Source: Sminthopsis crassicaudata (lineage: Eukaryota). Taken from it: a DNA stretch of 64,000 nucleotides. The position numbers and the translations under genes are program-made. Where the stretch lies: contig NC_133617.1 of the NCBI RefSeq assembly GCF_048593235.1, positions 497,530,958 to 497,594,957 on the forward strand. The letters are read 5' to 3'. The notes under the pieces are model-generated. The model had not been told where the DNA came from. It saw only the letters and a list, made by a program, of their open reading frames with translations, and did not search any database. Each line of letters starts with the position of its first letter. Within the stretch, counting starts at the first letter, position 1. This document shows positions 51,906 through 64,000 of this stretch, piece after piece.

Positions 51906-52619
51906 TTAAGTTAAATTTATATTTATCTTTAATTAACTTTGACTTCTTTATGGTTGAAGAAAGATTTGGTTTTCCTGAAATGTTAGGCAAGACAGAACAG
52001 ATCATGTTATAGTATCCATTGTCACTAAGAGAAGGAATATACAGGTAGATTTTTGCTTCTAACTTCCCTTATTTCTTAAAGAAGTGGTAAAACTGGGGCC
52101 TTCAACAAAATTCTTTTGTAACTCTCCTCCTTCCTATTGCCTCCATACTATTTATTTTTTCTAGCTCACCTCATTAACTTCTCATTGGGGTCATCAAGGC
52201 TTACCTCATTGAGGCTGCCCAATGCTTAGCTATTGACATATATAACACTTCCTTTCAGTCTACCAGACACTTGAATTCCTGAGGATTTTTTTTTTTTTTT
52301 GCCCCTAAACAGCAGGGGATAACCAATCTCCTCAACCAACTGTAATATATTTCCCATGTAGCTTCATCTCACTTCAATGACTTTCTAGTTCTTTTTGTAC
52401 CTGTCATTGATTGATTCATTTAATGAAGATATGTAAACCTTGTTCACATCTCTGATGGATTGACTGACTGTTGTTATTTTATAAAAGTATAAAAGCTAGT
52501 TAAGTGGAATGGAGTGACATCTTCCCTACCTAATTTCTTAGTCTTCTTCCTCAGATTTCCAGCCAAGACAACAAAATATGATCAATCAAAAAAAATTTTG
52601 CTATGGTTTCAAAATGTTA

Positions 52620-52920
52620 GAAATTGTACATTTCTAACCTAGATATGAGCTGTCAGATATTGAGAATCTCAATATCTATCTAGTTCAACCCCCAAACCAA
52701 ACAATTCCCATTTCAGCATATCTGAAAAGTATTCATATACTTTGCTTGAAGACCTCCAAAGATAGCAAATGCACAACTCTTTGGGTAGTCCATTAAACTC
52801 TATGAATTGAACTCGAAATTGAAGGGTTTGTTTTTTTTTTTTTTAATAACATCAAGTCTAAATTTACTTCTTTGTCTCTTCTATTTGCTGCTCTTGGTTC
52901 TATCAAGTCATTTAGTCTCC
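52620..52920 (+). mobile_element. L3/MIR3-type fragment
   Basis: atctatctagttcaacccc...tttgcttgaagacctcc...gggtagtccatt. Confidence 0.55.
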
Positions 52921-53823
52921 CGTCTTAGTAGGCATTAATATATAACATCTAAGTAATAGATTTGCATTTGCCAAAGGTTGCTGCTTGATGAATGTTAAAT
53001 AATAAATATTATAATAATAAAATACTAACAGATATCCCTGAGTTTTCTCTAGTCTCATCTGTTGTGCCCATAGCTGAAAATATGACCTGTATATCAAAAG
53101 AATGAAGGTAATAATGTGATTCAAATATTATCTTTGAGTTAATTTTCCTGGTAAACTCCTTTTCCTCCTTCTATGTTCAGTTCTAATTTTGATTTCAAAG
53201 GGAACATTAGCCTTAAAGAGGGAGTTATGTCCTGGGAGCATAAAACCTAATAATATGAACTGCTGGATACCTTATGAGACTCTAACTTGTACACAGCGTA
53301 ATGCATAGTGACCCATAGGTATTTAATTATCATTAGATGACAAGTACCTAGATGATAGCTTTTATTATGGTAATAGTTTATCTCAAATTGTACCTTTCCA
53401 AGAAAACAAAGAAACAGCCTGTGTAGGAGAAGCTAATGATTCTTTGTATTTTTCTTCCTCTTTTCAGTTTTCATATTTTAACAAGGTTACCTTTCATGTC
53501 TCTGTTTCTATGCCCAGTATAGTTCTGTCGGTTACCAAGGGAACGATTACTAGGGCTGTACATGCTTCATTACAAGTTTCTTGCAAGGTGACAAGGGAGA
53601 AAGAAAGAAAGACATCCTTCAGGATAAATATATGGAGAACTATTTAAAAAATAAACAGGTTGTAATGAGATAAAAATACATTCCATATTCTATTCTAAGA
53701 AGGTCTCTTTAAACGTAATATCAAAAGTACTTTGTATTTCTGTCTTGTGGAGAAGAACTTTCTGAAAACTAGGACCCTTTCTCTTGGAGTCCCTATAGAA
53801 ATATTTTTGCAAGGATCTTTTCT

Positions 53824-53952
53824 NNNNNNNNNNNNNNNNNNNNNNNNNNNNNNNNNNNNNNNNNNNNNNNNNNNNNNNNNNNNNNNNNNNNNNNNNNNNN
53901 NNNNNNNNNNNNNNNNNNNNNNNNNNNNNNNNNNNNNNNNNNNNNNNNNNNN
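53824..53952. other. Assembly gap (129 N)
   Basis: Seen directly. Confidence 1.
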
Positions 53953-53959
53953 TTATAGT

Positions 53960-55160
53960 CATTTGCATTCATAGCCTTTGTATGAAGCACAGAATGTCCT
54001 CACTTAACAAATTGGAAAATAAAATGATATAGTAGGGTAGTTCAGGCTTACCCAGAGTCACTTAGTAAGTCAGAGAATGAGCTATGGCATGGGCTCAGAT
54101 GGTCAGATACTCTAAACTGCACTCTAATTATTGAAATGTTACCTTTCTATTTTAATATCCAGTCCTAAATAAATCAACTTGAAGCTCAAATACCATACTC
54201 TTAGAGCAGTAGTACTGATTTATGTGCTCATTTAGCTAATACTCTTAAGACGCAAGACTAGAGACCAAGGTCTTCATGACTCTGAGGCTCACTATCAACT
54301 TTGTCATTCTTTCTTTTACCTCATGGTTATAGTAAAATGGTCACCTTCTAATATAGTATTTAATGTGAAGAAGAGAAAAGTTTCTAAGAATTTAAAGAAA
54401 AATCCTTAAAGAAATATTGACCAAATCTCTTTGGAAATAGGAATTTAAATATTTAAAAAATGCAGTAATTGAAAAAATAACAAATAGAATTTGAGAATTT
54501 TTTAATTTACTTCAAAACTTGGACTTTACAATGTTTAAAATGATTTTATTTCTAGGAATTCATTTTTATAACTTTCTTAACTAGTGATTTGTGACTATTG
54601 TTTTTTCCTAACTATTTTCAGATGGAATCTCATTTGACTAAATTTTTTAGAGTCTATTTTCTGTGGGATATAGCTGAAGGGCTATGAATTCAGTTTTTCT
54701 GATATTAATCACTAATCTATCTCTGTTACCCATCTGTAACTTCCCCTTAATAAAAATTTGAAAGCTAATGGTCTAATGATAAGATTTCTTTATTGCTTTT
54801 AGGCGAAAGTGTTTTTTATAAGAACATTGTATGTTTGTATAAAATTGCCCCCAGTTCAATATCAGATTACTATCCTTTCTCATTATCATTGGTATTCTGA
54901 CCTAAGCAGGTAAGATAGAATACTGGCCCTGGAATCAGGAAGCTATGAGTTCAGATACAGTCTTAGTCACTTACTAACTGTATGACCAGGCAAGTCACAC
55001 AATCTCTATTTGCCTCAGTTTCCTTAGCTCTATAGTAGGAATCATTATAGGATCTATCTTTTAGGGCTATTGAGGATCAATAGTATCTTATTAAATACTA
55101 TTTTAAAAACCCTTAGAATAGTGCCTGGCACACAGTAGATACTTAATAAATCCTTATTTT
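53960..55160. mobile_element. Cluster of MIR/MAR1 fragments (about 53960-54130, 54200-54300 and 54895-55100) plus an L2 tail
   Basis: tggccctggaatcaggaagctatgagttcagatac...gtatgaccaggcaagtcac...tgcctcagtttcc; agtgcctggcacacagtagatacttaataaa. Confidence 0.75.
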
Positions 55161-55919
55161 CTTCCCTCCTTACTGATGAGTTATTTTAATAGTGACTGCA
55201 TAGAACATTTACAGATATTTTCTGTCTATCTCTTCATTGATGGGGACTATAGAGAAACTAATTGCCCATTAAGGGATTTCTGGTGATGAGTCATACAAAG
55301 CTAGAAGAGTTTGGCATTTAAGAACTCTCAAATGTTCCATAGATAGAAGTTTATTTGGTTGTTGATATTTTGGTTTTAATAATCCTGAAAACTGGAAATG
55401 GAAATGAAAACTGCCATTCAGTATGGTGTAGACAACTACTGTGATAATAAATGAATAAACAAACAAATAAAAATGCTAAATTTTGGGACTTCAAGTCTAT
55501 TTTTTTATATGTACAAATCAGCTATTTCAATTTTCAGTTAATTTGGAACCACTTTAATAGCTAGATTAAGTCAAGTTAAGTACTCTCATTCCCCTAGTAA
55601 GGGTCTAAAAACCAAAACCTTATTTATTTGTTTTTGCTGTTGTTATACAGTCTAAAAGGAAAGAAATTATTTTAGTGAAGGTAAATATGGTTACTTTTCA
55701 AGAATTTCATAGTATCTTATCTCTAGAGATTTTTATGAGATTATAAGATGACAGAGTAAATGTGATGAAATAGTTTGAAAATATTAAAAAAAAGTAAAAA
55801 AGTACTTGAAGCCATCTTATTTGGAATAGCTTTTTTAGGAAGTTTTGTTTGTGGTAAAGCATGCATAGTATAAACAAAGCCTTCTGCACAAACTGCTTTA
55901 TTTTCCTTGCTTTCATTAG

Positions 55920-56046
55920 CTTGCCACATACTGGAATGCTCTGATGGCTTGGCTCGAGATGTTATCAGTACTATAGGCCAAGCTTTTGAACTTCGATTCA
56001 AGCAGTATTTACAATGTCCTTCAAAGATACCTGCTCTTCATGACTG
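55920..56046 (+). CDS. SHC3: SHC3 exon 7 equivalent (127 bp): [41 protein letters not shown]
   Basis: Boundaries are ttcattag|CT...GAC TG|gtaagt. It encodes the end of the PTB domain; QYLQCPxKIPALHD is SHC3-specific. Confidence 0.96.
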
Positions 56047-58222
56047 GTAAGTAAAAGCATAAGACTGCTTTGTTATCAGTGTTCTTTAAAATACATACAA
56101 GGGGAGTAACAAAATTTAGTGCTTTGTTTTTAATTAGGACTACTAAATTTCTGGTTAACAGATTCACCTGAAATATAATATGAGAATGGTGTAAGGAGAA
56201 ACTATAGCAATAGTGACCAAGGTTATATTAAAAACTCATTTTAATTGTTGTTCTTTCTGCAATGGACCATGCAACTATGGAATGTTTCCATGTGTTATTT
56301 TTCACCAGGTTCATGTCATTTCTCATTGCATTTGTCTTATTATCATCATTGAAAAATATCTTCTAAAAAAATCCCTCTTTGTAAGATGCCTGGTGCTAGC
56401 TACTCTATGAAATTATTGATCTGACAATTTGTGTCTTCTGGAAGTTTATAATCCAAAACAATGCTGTCACCTATATTTTAATCTTCCTGAATCTTACATG
56501 AGTCCCATTTGACTAAAGGTTACCTAATGGCTTAAATTAATTGCACACAATTTTCTGTGTATATCATAAAAAGAAAAGATAAAATAAGAAATGCCATATT
56601 GGGCCAGCTGCTGCTAAGATTCATCTGGTTTAGTGCCCTGACTATGAAAGAGACTTCATTGCCATTTAGTTAGGGTATGAAATGAGGAAAGCCTAAGATC
56701 AATTACAACTCAGACACAGTTGTGGAATGCTGGGTAAGTCTCTTCACCTCTTCCTTGTACAAATAAAAGGTTTGGACTCAGTGATCTCTAAGTCCCTTTC
56801 ATCTTTACAATTTTTGTCAGTATTTTATAGAGGAGCATTGCAATCCATAATGTGAAACTCAAAAGACTTGCCTTCAAAGGCCATGATGGCCTGTCTCCCA
56901 GCATTTCTACCTTCCCTTAATAACCTGTTATATATGTTTTTTTTTAATATTATATATCTTGTCTTTCTAAGCCTTTTAAAGCCAATTTAAAGATAATTTA
57001 CATGTTTTTGTTCAATTAATTTATAGTCTGCTCCAAAATATGAGTTCTTTTTATTTGTCTACAATTCACCTTTTCAAGGATAGATGCAGATAATACCTAA
57101 TTCTAATATTTTATTCTTATAATTCATAGGTAAGTCAGGGTATTGTTATAGATATATAGATATCTTTTATTGCCTTTAGTGATAGTATAGAGCACTCATT
57201 TTTATTTTTTAAATTTCCTCTTTCTTGAATAGTTCTATTTTTGTTTTTCATTCATCAAAAGTAATATCAAGACACGCATTTGCATGTAGAAATATGTAAG
57301 TAGTATTCTTAGTTGTAAGTTCCAGACAATATTTTTCACCATATACAGTATCTGATTTCAATGATTATTTCTTGACAATGTTTTAATAGAGTTCACTTTT
57401 TTTTGTGAAAAAAATTCAGCTACATATTCGAATGAGAACAAATTTTAGATTTCTTAAATTGAAGAGGTGGTATTATAAAGAAAATGACAGAGAACTGAGA
57501 ATCAGGGGATCTGGCTTCTGGTTTTGGTCTTGCCATTAATTGGCTATGAATCTTAGGTATATGCGTAATTAAGAGTTTGAACTAAATGATACCCTAGATT
57601 TCTGACAGATTTCAAATTCTATGACTTAAGACAACAACAGCCTCACAAAAGGCAAGTTCATGTCTTCAGCTACTTTGTGTGAATTGCATGGAAAGAAATG
57701 AAAGTTTGATGAAGCAGCAAAAGGAAGAGAAGAACTAGTCTCAGTTCTTTTATTATTTGTTTCACATTAAGAATTCAAAATGAATTCTTAAATGTAGATT
57801 CTTAGAGTAATTTGGGCAAACCAAGCTTTTACTGTTTAGGACATTATTATTTGATGGTGCTTGGTGCTTGGAATCATTCAGTGTTAGTCAACTATTGTAG
57901 GACAACATCATGAATGTTTAGAAAACAAAATGAAAATGTTATTGAGTTCCTAAAATTTCATTGAGATAGTGGAATTTTATTTTATTTTCCTTGTTTCACA
58001 AATGGAGCCTTTAAAAATATTAATTTCTTAGAGTTGTCTCATCCTTCTTATCTTCCATATTATCTTACTTTTTTGCTTTCCTAATTTCTCAGTTCTATTC
58101 TCTTTGCTCACATTTGAACTATCCACATACCTTTTTGTCATGAACTTCATGTCATCTACTTATTCTCTCTTATATATCTATCTTCTCTTTAATATTTTAC
58201 ATACACTTTGCTTAATCAATCA

Positions 58223-58225
<3 letters not shown>

Positions 58226-58303
<78 letters not shown>
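58226..58303 (+). repeat. Perfect (CT)n microsatellite, about 39 units
   Basis: Seen directly. Confidence 0.98.
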
Positions 58304-58306
<3 letters not shown>

Positions 58307-58949
58307 ATTGTACTGCTTATAAGTGTACTCAAATATTTAGACCTTGGTTGTAGATATGCATAGAATTTGATAACCCTACTCATACATTCAAACATTACAA
58401 CAAACTTTGATGGAAGAGGTGATTGGGAAAAATTATTTTCACTGGTATGAAAAGATGAGATGTAAGACACACAAAGAGGAGAGACACTATACACAGAGAG
58501 GAGGATTCACCCAGAGAGGAAACCTGCACATTTCTGAGGCATTTCCAAAGATGTGTCATAAAAACTGTGAATCTCAAGAGATGAAAAGATTATGTACAGA
58601 GAGATGGTAGGAGTTAAAGGCAGAGGTAGAGCTATAAGGAATTTCTGGTCTAAACCAAGAGTCTCAGGAACCAGATTTAGAGAACAGTAGAATAAATTAT
58701 CTTTTCATGCTCTTTACTGGTAGACAATTTTTTAATTTTCTTTTTTCTTTATAAGAAGTAACTCTTTGGGAGGGAGATATTTTGGGAAATGAAGATAAAA
58801 TGAAAACAAAAGCTACTACTAAAAATAAAAATAAAATGCATATAGCGTGGAACAAAAGGGATGTAGTCTGTGCTAAGCCATTTGATCAGATTTTTCATAC
58901 AGCTCAAGTACATTACTCAATAAGGCTTTTTTGATTCCCCAGCTACTAG

Positions 58950-59290
58950 TACCTTTCCTCCTCTACTACCTTGCATTTAATTACCTTTTATTTATTTTGC
59001 ATTTATTTCACTTTTTAAAAAAAATCTCCAACGCTTTACACAGTACCTTATTCATAGTAGACACATAATAAATGCTTATTTTTTGATGATTGATTGATTC
59101 ACAATATAAATTGTGAGGAGTTGGGATTAAGAAAAAAACACTCTTACATTTTGCCTCTTTGTCCTCATTTTTTTTGTCTGAGGTAAATGGGATTAAGTGA
59201 CTTGACAGCTAGTAAGTATTAAGTGAACTCTGGACCTCCTGGCTTTAGAGCCAGTGCTCTATTCACTTTACCATCTAGCTGCTCCTCCCA
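58950..59290. mobile_element. L2 tail (+) followed by a MAR1/MIR SINE (-)
   Basis: acagtaccttattcatagtagacacataataaatgc; gggattaagtgacttg...tgaactctggacctcctggctttagagccagtgctctattcac. Confidence 0.7.
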
Positions 59291-59704
59291 TATTGTCTCT
59301 TTAAAAAGATTTTATTTTCTTATCTTCTACAGTATCAGAGATAGATGCAAAGCAGATATACTTTTAGCCTGAGCCAGAATTGTTCATTTTAGGAGTGACC
59401 GGAAAGAAATAGAAATTATGGATGAGTTTATAAGATGGAGCACACCCCTATGCACTGTATAGAACAAGAAGAAAACTGGAAAGTTGAATTTTTCTGAGCA
59501 CAATTCATTTGAATAATTGCCAGCTGCTTCAGAAGGAAATGGGTACACAATATAGAGTGAGATGCCTGGCTGACAACATACTTTGTAGATTATGTGGGTG
59601 ATGAAACTATCTAATTAGAGGCATGAATAATATTCATTAGGCCAGTTGATTGCTTTGCAAGTATACATTACTTACTAAAACCAGTGTCAAACCTAACCTT
59701 ACAG

Positions 59705-59855
59705 CAGGCAAAGTCTGGATGAGCCATGGACGGAAGAAGAGGGAGAAAAAACAGAACATCCATATTATAACAGCATTCCCAACAAAGTGCCCCATGTGGG
59801 AGAGTTTCTTGATGTTAGATCAAAAACCAGAATTTGTACTACTGACACAAGCAAG
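59705..59855 (+). CDS. SHC3: SHC3 exon 8 equivalent (151 bp), CH1 region with the YYN Grb2-binding motif: [50 protein letters not shown]
   Basis: Boundaries are ttacag|C AGG...AAG|gtatgt. It matches human [24 protein letters not shown], and the frame is continuous with exon 7. Confidence 0.94.
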
Positions 59856-61143
59856 GTATGTCAGAAGATTTCTTTTTCCTTTGGTGAGGGATCAATTTGC
59901 TGAATTATACATTTAATTTAAATTTGATTCTCTTGGCAGCTTATCTCATTAGCCTCTTTTGTTGGATATTTTTATGTTAAATAAGTATAAAAATATTTTG
60001 GTTCAGACAGTCTGAATCTGGAGACTTGAAAAAAATATGAAAATTAGCATGTTCAAAACAAATTGCATTATTACTTGGATCATTTTATGCTGCCTTTTTT
60101 TATATCAAATTTTAAATTTTTTCATGTGAGGTTGGACATTCTATGTTCAGTAATAGAATACAACTTTAATATCTAATCAGACTCTTATATTTTTCTTTGT
60201 TTAGTACCTCACATGGTTATTAAATAGATTTCATATTGAAAATTACAATTCTAATCCCATTTTCCCCTTCAATTTATAATATACTTTTTAAAAAGCTAAT
60301 GCATGAAATGGGGGTGGGGAAGGAAATTGAATATTTTAGTCTAAAATGGTTTCTTCCTTGTTCTCCACTATGACCTTCTCATCTTAGAACTTATAACAAT
60401 CATCAACATACCACCCTGTGACATTGATGCAGAAAAGAAAAGAAATAATAGAAGGTTGATAATTATATCAGGATGCTTTGGGGCCATAAGAATGGCATAA
60501 TATATGCAATTCTCAGGAAAGATAACATTCTGGAATTGCACAGCCATCTTGATCTTATTCCAAAACTACCTTAATAAAGCACTTAACTTTTAATATTTTG
60601 ATATCTCTTTTTATAATAAAAAAAGTGTCATATCCCTTAAATCAGAAATTTGTGAGGCAAAATTACAATGTTAAGTATTCCAAGAGACATTTCAGTCTTA
60701 TGTATATAAAACTAACAGTGGTAGGATCAGTGTGTTAGCTCACTCTGAATACAAATATTTATATGTGCTGGCCATGAAGAAGTAGATACTTCCTAATTTG
60801 AATAGTATTTTTAAAACATATGTTAAGTAATGCAGCTGCATAGAGAAGAGCCCATTTTATTGTTACACTTGGATAAAAGATTTTTAGAACAATAAAGATA
60901 TATGAAAGTTAATGAAGACAAGCACTGGGGTACAGTTTTGATGAAGTTAAAGAAAGTATTACTTACACCTACACAAACACATTCTTCAAAGAACTTGAAA
61001 TCTTAATGCTGCCCTGGAGCCATGAAGAGAAAATTGGGCATAAATATAGCATGTAATCTGTCACAACATCAAGGACACCACTACTATTATTATAGCTTTT
61101 AACAATAGTGAAACTTGAAGAGGATGATTCTATTTCTCTCTTC

Positions 61144-61272
61144 NNNNNNNNNNNNNNNNNNNNNNNNNNNNNNNNNNNNNNNNNNNNNNNNNNNNNNNNN
61201 NNNNNNNNNNNNNNNNNNNNNNNNNNNNNNNNNNNNNNNNNNNNNNNNNNNNNNNNNNNNNNNNNNNNNNNN
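61144..61272. other. Assembly gap (129 N) covering the SHC3 exon 9 acceptor
   Basis: Seen directly. Coding sequence resumes mid-codon after the gap. Confidence 1.
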
Positions 61273-61353
61273 GAAGAGAGCAAACTTACTACCAGGGAAG
61301 GCACTTAGGAGGCAAATTCAGTGATGATTGGCAGCATGCACCTATTCATCAAG
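61273..61353 (+). CDS. SHC3: SHC3 exon 9 equivalent, visible 81 bp (5' end inside the N gap): (G)[26 protein letters not shown](G)
   Basis: It matches human [28 protein letters not shown]. The donor is CAA G|gtaagt. About 7 nt plus the acceptor are hidden by Ns. Confidence 0.92.
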
Positions 61354-61374
61354 GTAAGTGGCTTTCTTCTAGGA

Positions 61375-61666
61375 ATCTAACATTTAATAATAGCTAACAT
61401 AGTGCTGACTATGAGCCAGGCACTGTGCTAAGCACTTTATAATTACTATCTCATTTGATTCTCTCAGCAACCCTGGGAAGTAGGTTCTATTTTTATCTAA
61501 ATTTTATGGATGAAGAAACTGAGGCAAAAAAAGATTAAGTGGGTTGCCTAGGGCCACACAGCTAGCAAATGTCAGAGGTTAGATTTGAACTCAACTCTTC
61601 TTGATGCCAGGCTATCCTTTGAATTAAAGGGCACAAAATCTTTTTTTTTTTTTTTTTTTTTTTTTA
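61375..61666 (-). mobile_element. MAR1/MIR SINE with an adjacent poly-T run (61640-61666)
   Basis: gagccaggcactgtgctaagcactt...gaagaaactgaggcaaaa...cctagggccacacagctag...gatttgaactcaactcttc. Confidence 0.85.
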
Positions 61667-64000
61667 CCAAAACAGAATAATTCTCTATTGGTTGCCCAGT
61701 CTTTGGCCATTACTATGACTTTTGTGAGATTTTGTGTAAGTGGAGGATTTGCTCCATAAACTCCTCATTTGCTATTGGTCAGGTCTAGTTAACATGCCTT
61801 TATTATGTGCCTATGTCTTAAGAACTGTCAATATAAAGAAATGCAAAAAAGCCAGTTCTTCTCAAGGAATTCATGGTCTAGTAGCAGATAGCATATAAAC
61901 AACTACTGGAAATATCATCTTGGTGTTAATGGCTTTTTCCCTTCAGTTTGTTGAATTATGATAACCTCAGTCTTGAAATTAAAAAAAACAACCAAACATG
62001 TTCCTGTTGTTCACTGTTAGACAGATTGAAGACATTCTAGAACAAGAGTTGCATTTAGAACATGAGATGCAGTGCTGCTGAGAGCACTAAGGAGTAAAGA
62101 TAATTGAATAAGTTAGAGATTTATCATTTCCAACTTTTTATTTTCTAATAAGAGAACCCTTAAAAGGTAGATTTGTATATTTATAAATGTGTCAGTAGCT
62201 TGCTCAGTTGGGCTAACTTCTTGCAGGACAGAGTGACTTAGTTGCCAGGTCACTCCTCAATGGACTCAATTTTTGCTGCTTTGGTTATTTCTATTACTGT
62301 CCTTAGTTGCCAAAGTAACCTCTAATGGGGATTTTGGAAAGCTCACAAATTCTCATTCACCTAAGATCAAGAAAGAATAAACATAGAAGAAGCAAGAACC
62401 AAACTTTCAGGGATACATGGCAGCCTCTCCTTCTGTTCTTTCCCTTTCCTGGAGGCTCACAGAAGTTCTTCCTCACTCAAAAACTGCAAGAGAAGAGAAG
62501 CGTGGACTTTTTGATTCTTTTGTGTATGAAGTCAGTTCTTCTGGCTCAGAACATTATTCCTGATTCTAGGAAAAGAATAAGCAAGGAAAATTGGACGGTA
62601 TCAGATAGGAGGCAATGTGCTTATCACATCTGGCTATATATGGGAGAATTCACCCTAAAATTCTGTCACTTATATGTCATACAAAATAAGGGGAAAACCA
62701 TATCTAATCATGTATGTGTTGGCTTAAATTAAGATTTTCTAAGGAAAAATAGCCTTATTTTTTGAAACTATGTAATGAATTTTCCTAGTAAAATAAGAAA
62801 CTTGTTTCGGTGGATAATCTTGTAAGGAAAACAGGGCAAATTTGTGACCTTGGGAGGGAGAAGAAACAGAGCATATTAGTTATTTGTAGCTATCATTGGG
62901 AGCATGAGTGTGTGGAAGGGGAGGGGTTCAAATTCTGAGAATTAGATTTAGTTGTTTTTCTTTCTCTGAAATGGAGTTACTCATATCAATAGAAGGACAT
63001 TGAGGCTTGTTTTGCTAGTGTCATTACTACTAATGTAGCCACCTACCCTGTTTAGAGGTTACTGACTCTGCCTTGACTACAGGAGGGAAAAATTCCCTGT
63101 TGTTGAAGCACATGGGGAGGAGAAGAAGTCATGTTACTCATGGCACAGTAGCTTTAGGTCCTTTCATTTGAACCTTGAATTAAAGCCCCATGTCCATCAG
63201 AATATCAGTATGGCTCCCTGACTACATGATTTGGAACAAATGTTCATGAATTCATAGGACGAAGTGGGGGAGAAGATCCCACTCCTAGAGCACAGCATGT
63301 GATTCAGTGGTCTGACTCTTCCTCTCTCTTGAGAAAGATAGATGTACTTCTTTGTCCTCAGGAACATTTATTTAGTTATAGTTCTGGTCAATGGTTCATG
63401 GAGGAAAGAGAGGTAGGTGTCAATAGCCTCAATGTGACTTGCTGCCCATGCAGATAGTTTATTTGGAATGTGCCAAGAAGGAATGACTCCAAGAGGCATT
63501 GCAGGAGACTTTATTAGCAGTCCATTGACATTTACCAGTACTGGCAGTTGATATGAGTAAGTAGCAATGATTATAATGACTGTAGGCACAGCAACAGCAA
63601 AACTAATTAGGAACAGGAGAGAAGGGCAAAGCCTGAGGGAGTCCTCTATAGGAGTTTAAGTGATTCCTGAAAGATGAGGAGGAAGATTTCTAGGCATTAA
63701 CCAAGAGTGGGAGACAATAAAACTGTCCAAGGACTGTCAGTGACTGCTTTGCTGGCTGGGAGTTTTAGTGTGGACAAGATATGTTTTTGTTTTTTATTTC
63801 CCTTGGGACCATCTGGATGGCAGTGAGAGCATTCCTCTTTGCCTTGAAACAAGGGTAGATGTATGACATTTCTCCTTTACTGAAACAAGAATGAGGTGTT
63901 TCCTCCTGAATACGTGAACCATTATAATAGGTCTTTTTTCCTGGATGTAGGGTGACAATGCTCCAGGTTGCTGCTACCTTGGCAATGACAGCTTTTTGCC

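Noticed and set aside
58407-58610. ORF with FTQRGNLH resembling a C2H2 zinc-finger helix
   Set aside because: It lacks correctly spaced Cys/His and a TGEKP linker; the motif arises from a short local duplication (acacagagagga/acccagagagga).
59690-59707. U12-type intron suggested by CCTAAC close to the AG
   Set aside because: The donor is GTAAGT (U2 type) and the motif does not match TCCTTAAC.
35116-61353. Assignment to SHC1 or SHC4 (exon 5 has MQS, as in SHC1/SHC4, rather than human SHC3 MRS)
   Set aside because: Exons 3, 4, 7, 8 and 9 carry SHC3-specific peptides (TPDSKQ, QCPxKIPALHD, [23 protein letters not shown]).
62325-62732. 135-aa + strand ORF near the expected exon 10 position
   Set aside because: It shows no similarity to SHC3 exon 10 (DIYSTPEG...PTYVNT...DLFDMK) or to any family I recognise.
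63900-63935. PEYVNH peptide resembling the SHC3 PTYVNT motif
   Set aside because: There is an in-frame stop shortly upstream, no acceptor and no flanking similarity; exon 10 probably lies beyond the window.
1-64000. Prokaryotic systems, CRISPR arrays, tRNA/rRNA, NUMTs, non-retroviral endogenous viral elements, processed pseudogenes
   Set aside because: None was recognised by eye; the window is eukaryotic intronic DNA. A profile search (tBLASTn/Infernal) would be needed to exclude highly decayed copies.

Overview
This is AT-rich, CpG-poor, repeat-dense vertebrate DNA. The repeat mix (L1, L2, MIR/MAR1, L3/CR1, RTE and an RTE-derived SINE, ERV1 LTRs) indicates a marsupial, probably a dasyurid such as Tasmanian devil; the taxon is inferred from recalled repeat families. 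It is a draft assembly with three gaps of 129-130 N. The only gene found is SHC3 (ShcC/N-Shc/Rai) on the + strand. Seven internal exons matching human exons 3-9 splice with GT-AG boundaries into one frame encoding the C-terminal part of the PTB domain and most of CH1: (R)[96 protein letters not shown](A)[41 protein letters not shown](C)[50 protein letters not shown][gap](G)[26 protein letters not shown](G). None of these exons is captured in frame by the supplied ORF track. Exons 1-2 and 10-12 were not found, so the first 35 kb is probably intron 2. I found no convincing novel multi-gene system. The most interesting signals are: (1) a rearranged nested TE cluster at about 4.1-12.5 kb, with an ERV1 integrase/env/LTR remnant fused to an RT-deleted L1 and a templated repair scar; (2) a 33-bp templated copy inside a purine tract; (3) a ~500-bp local duplication; and (4) several splice-regulatory oddities around SHC3 exons, including a CAGCAG acceptor, a decoy acceptor with an immediate stop, and a 5' splice site fused to a (UG)n run. 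Repeat boundaries are approximate unless stated otherwise.
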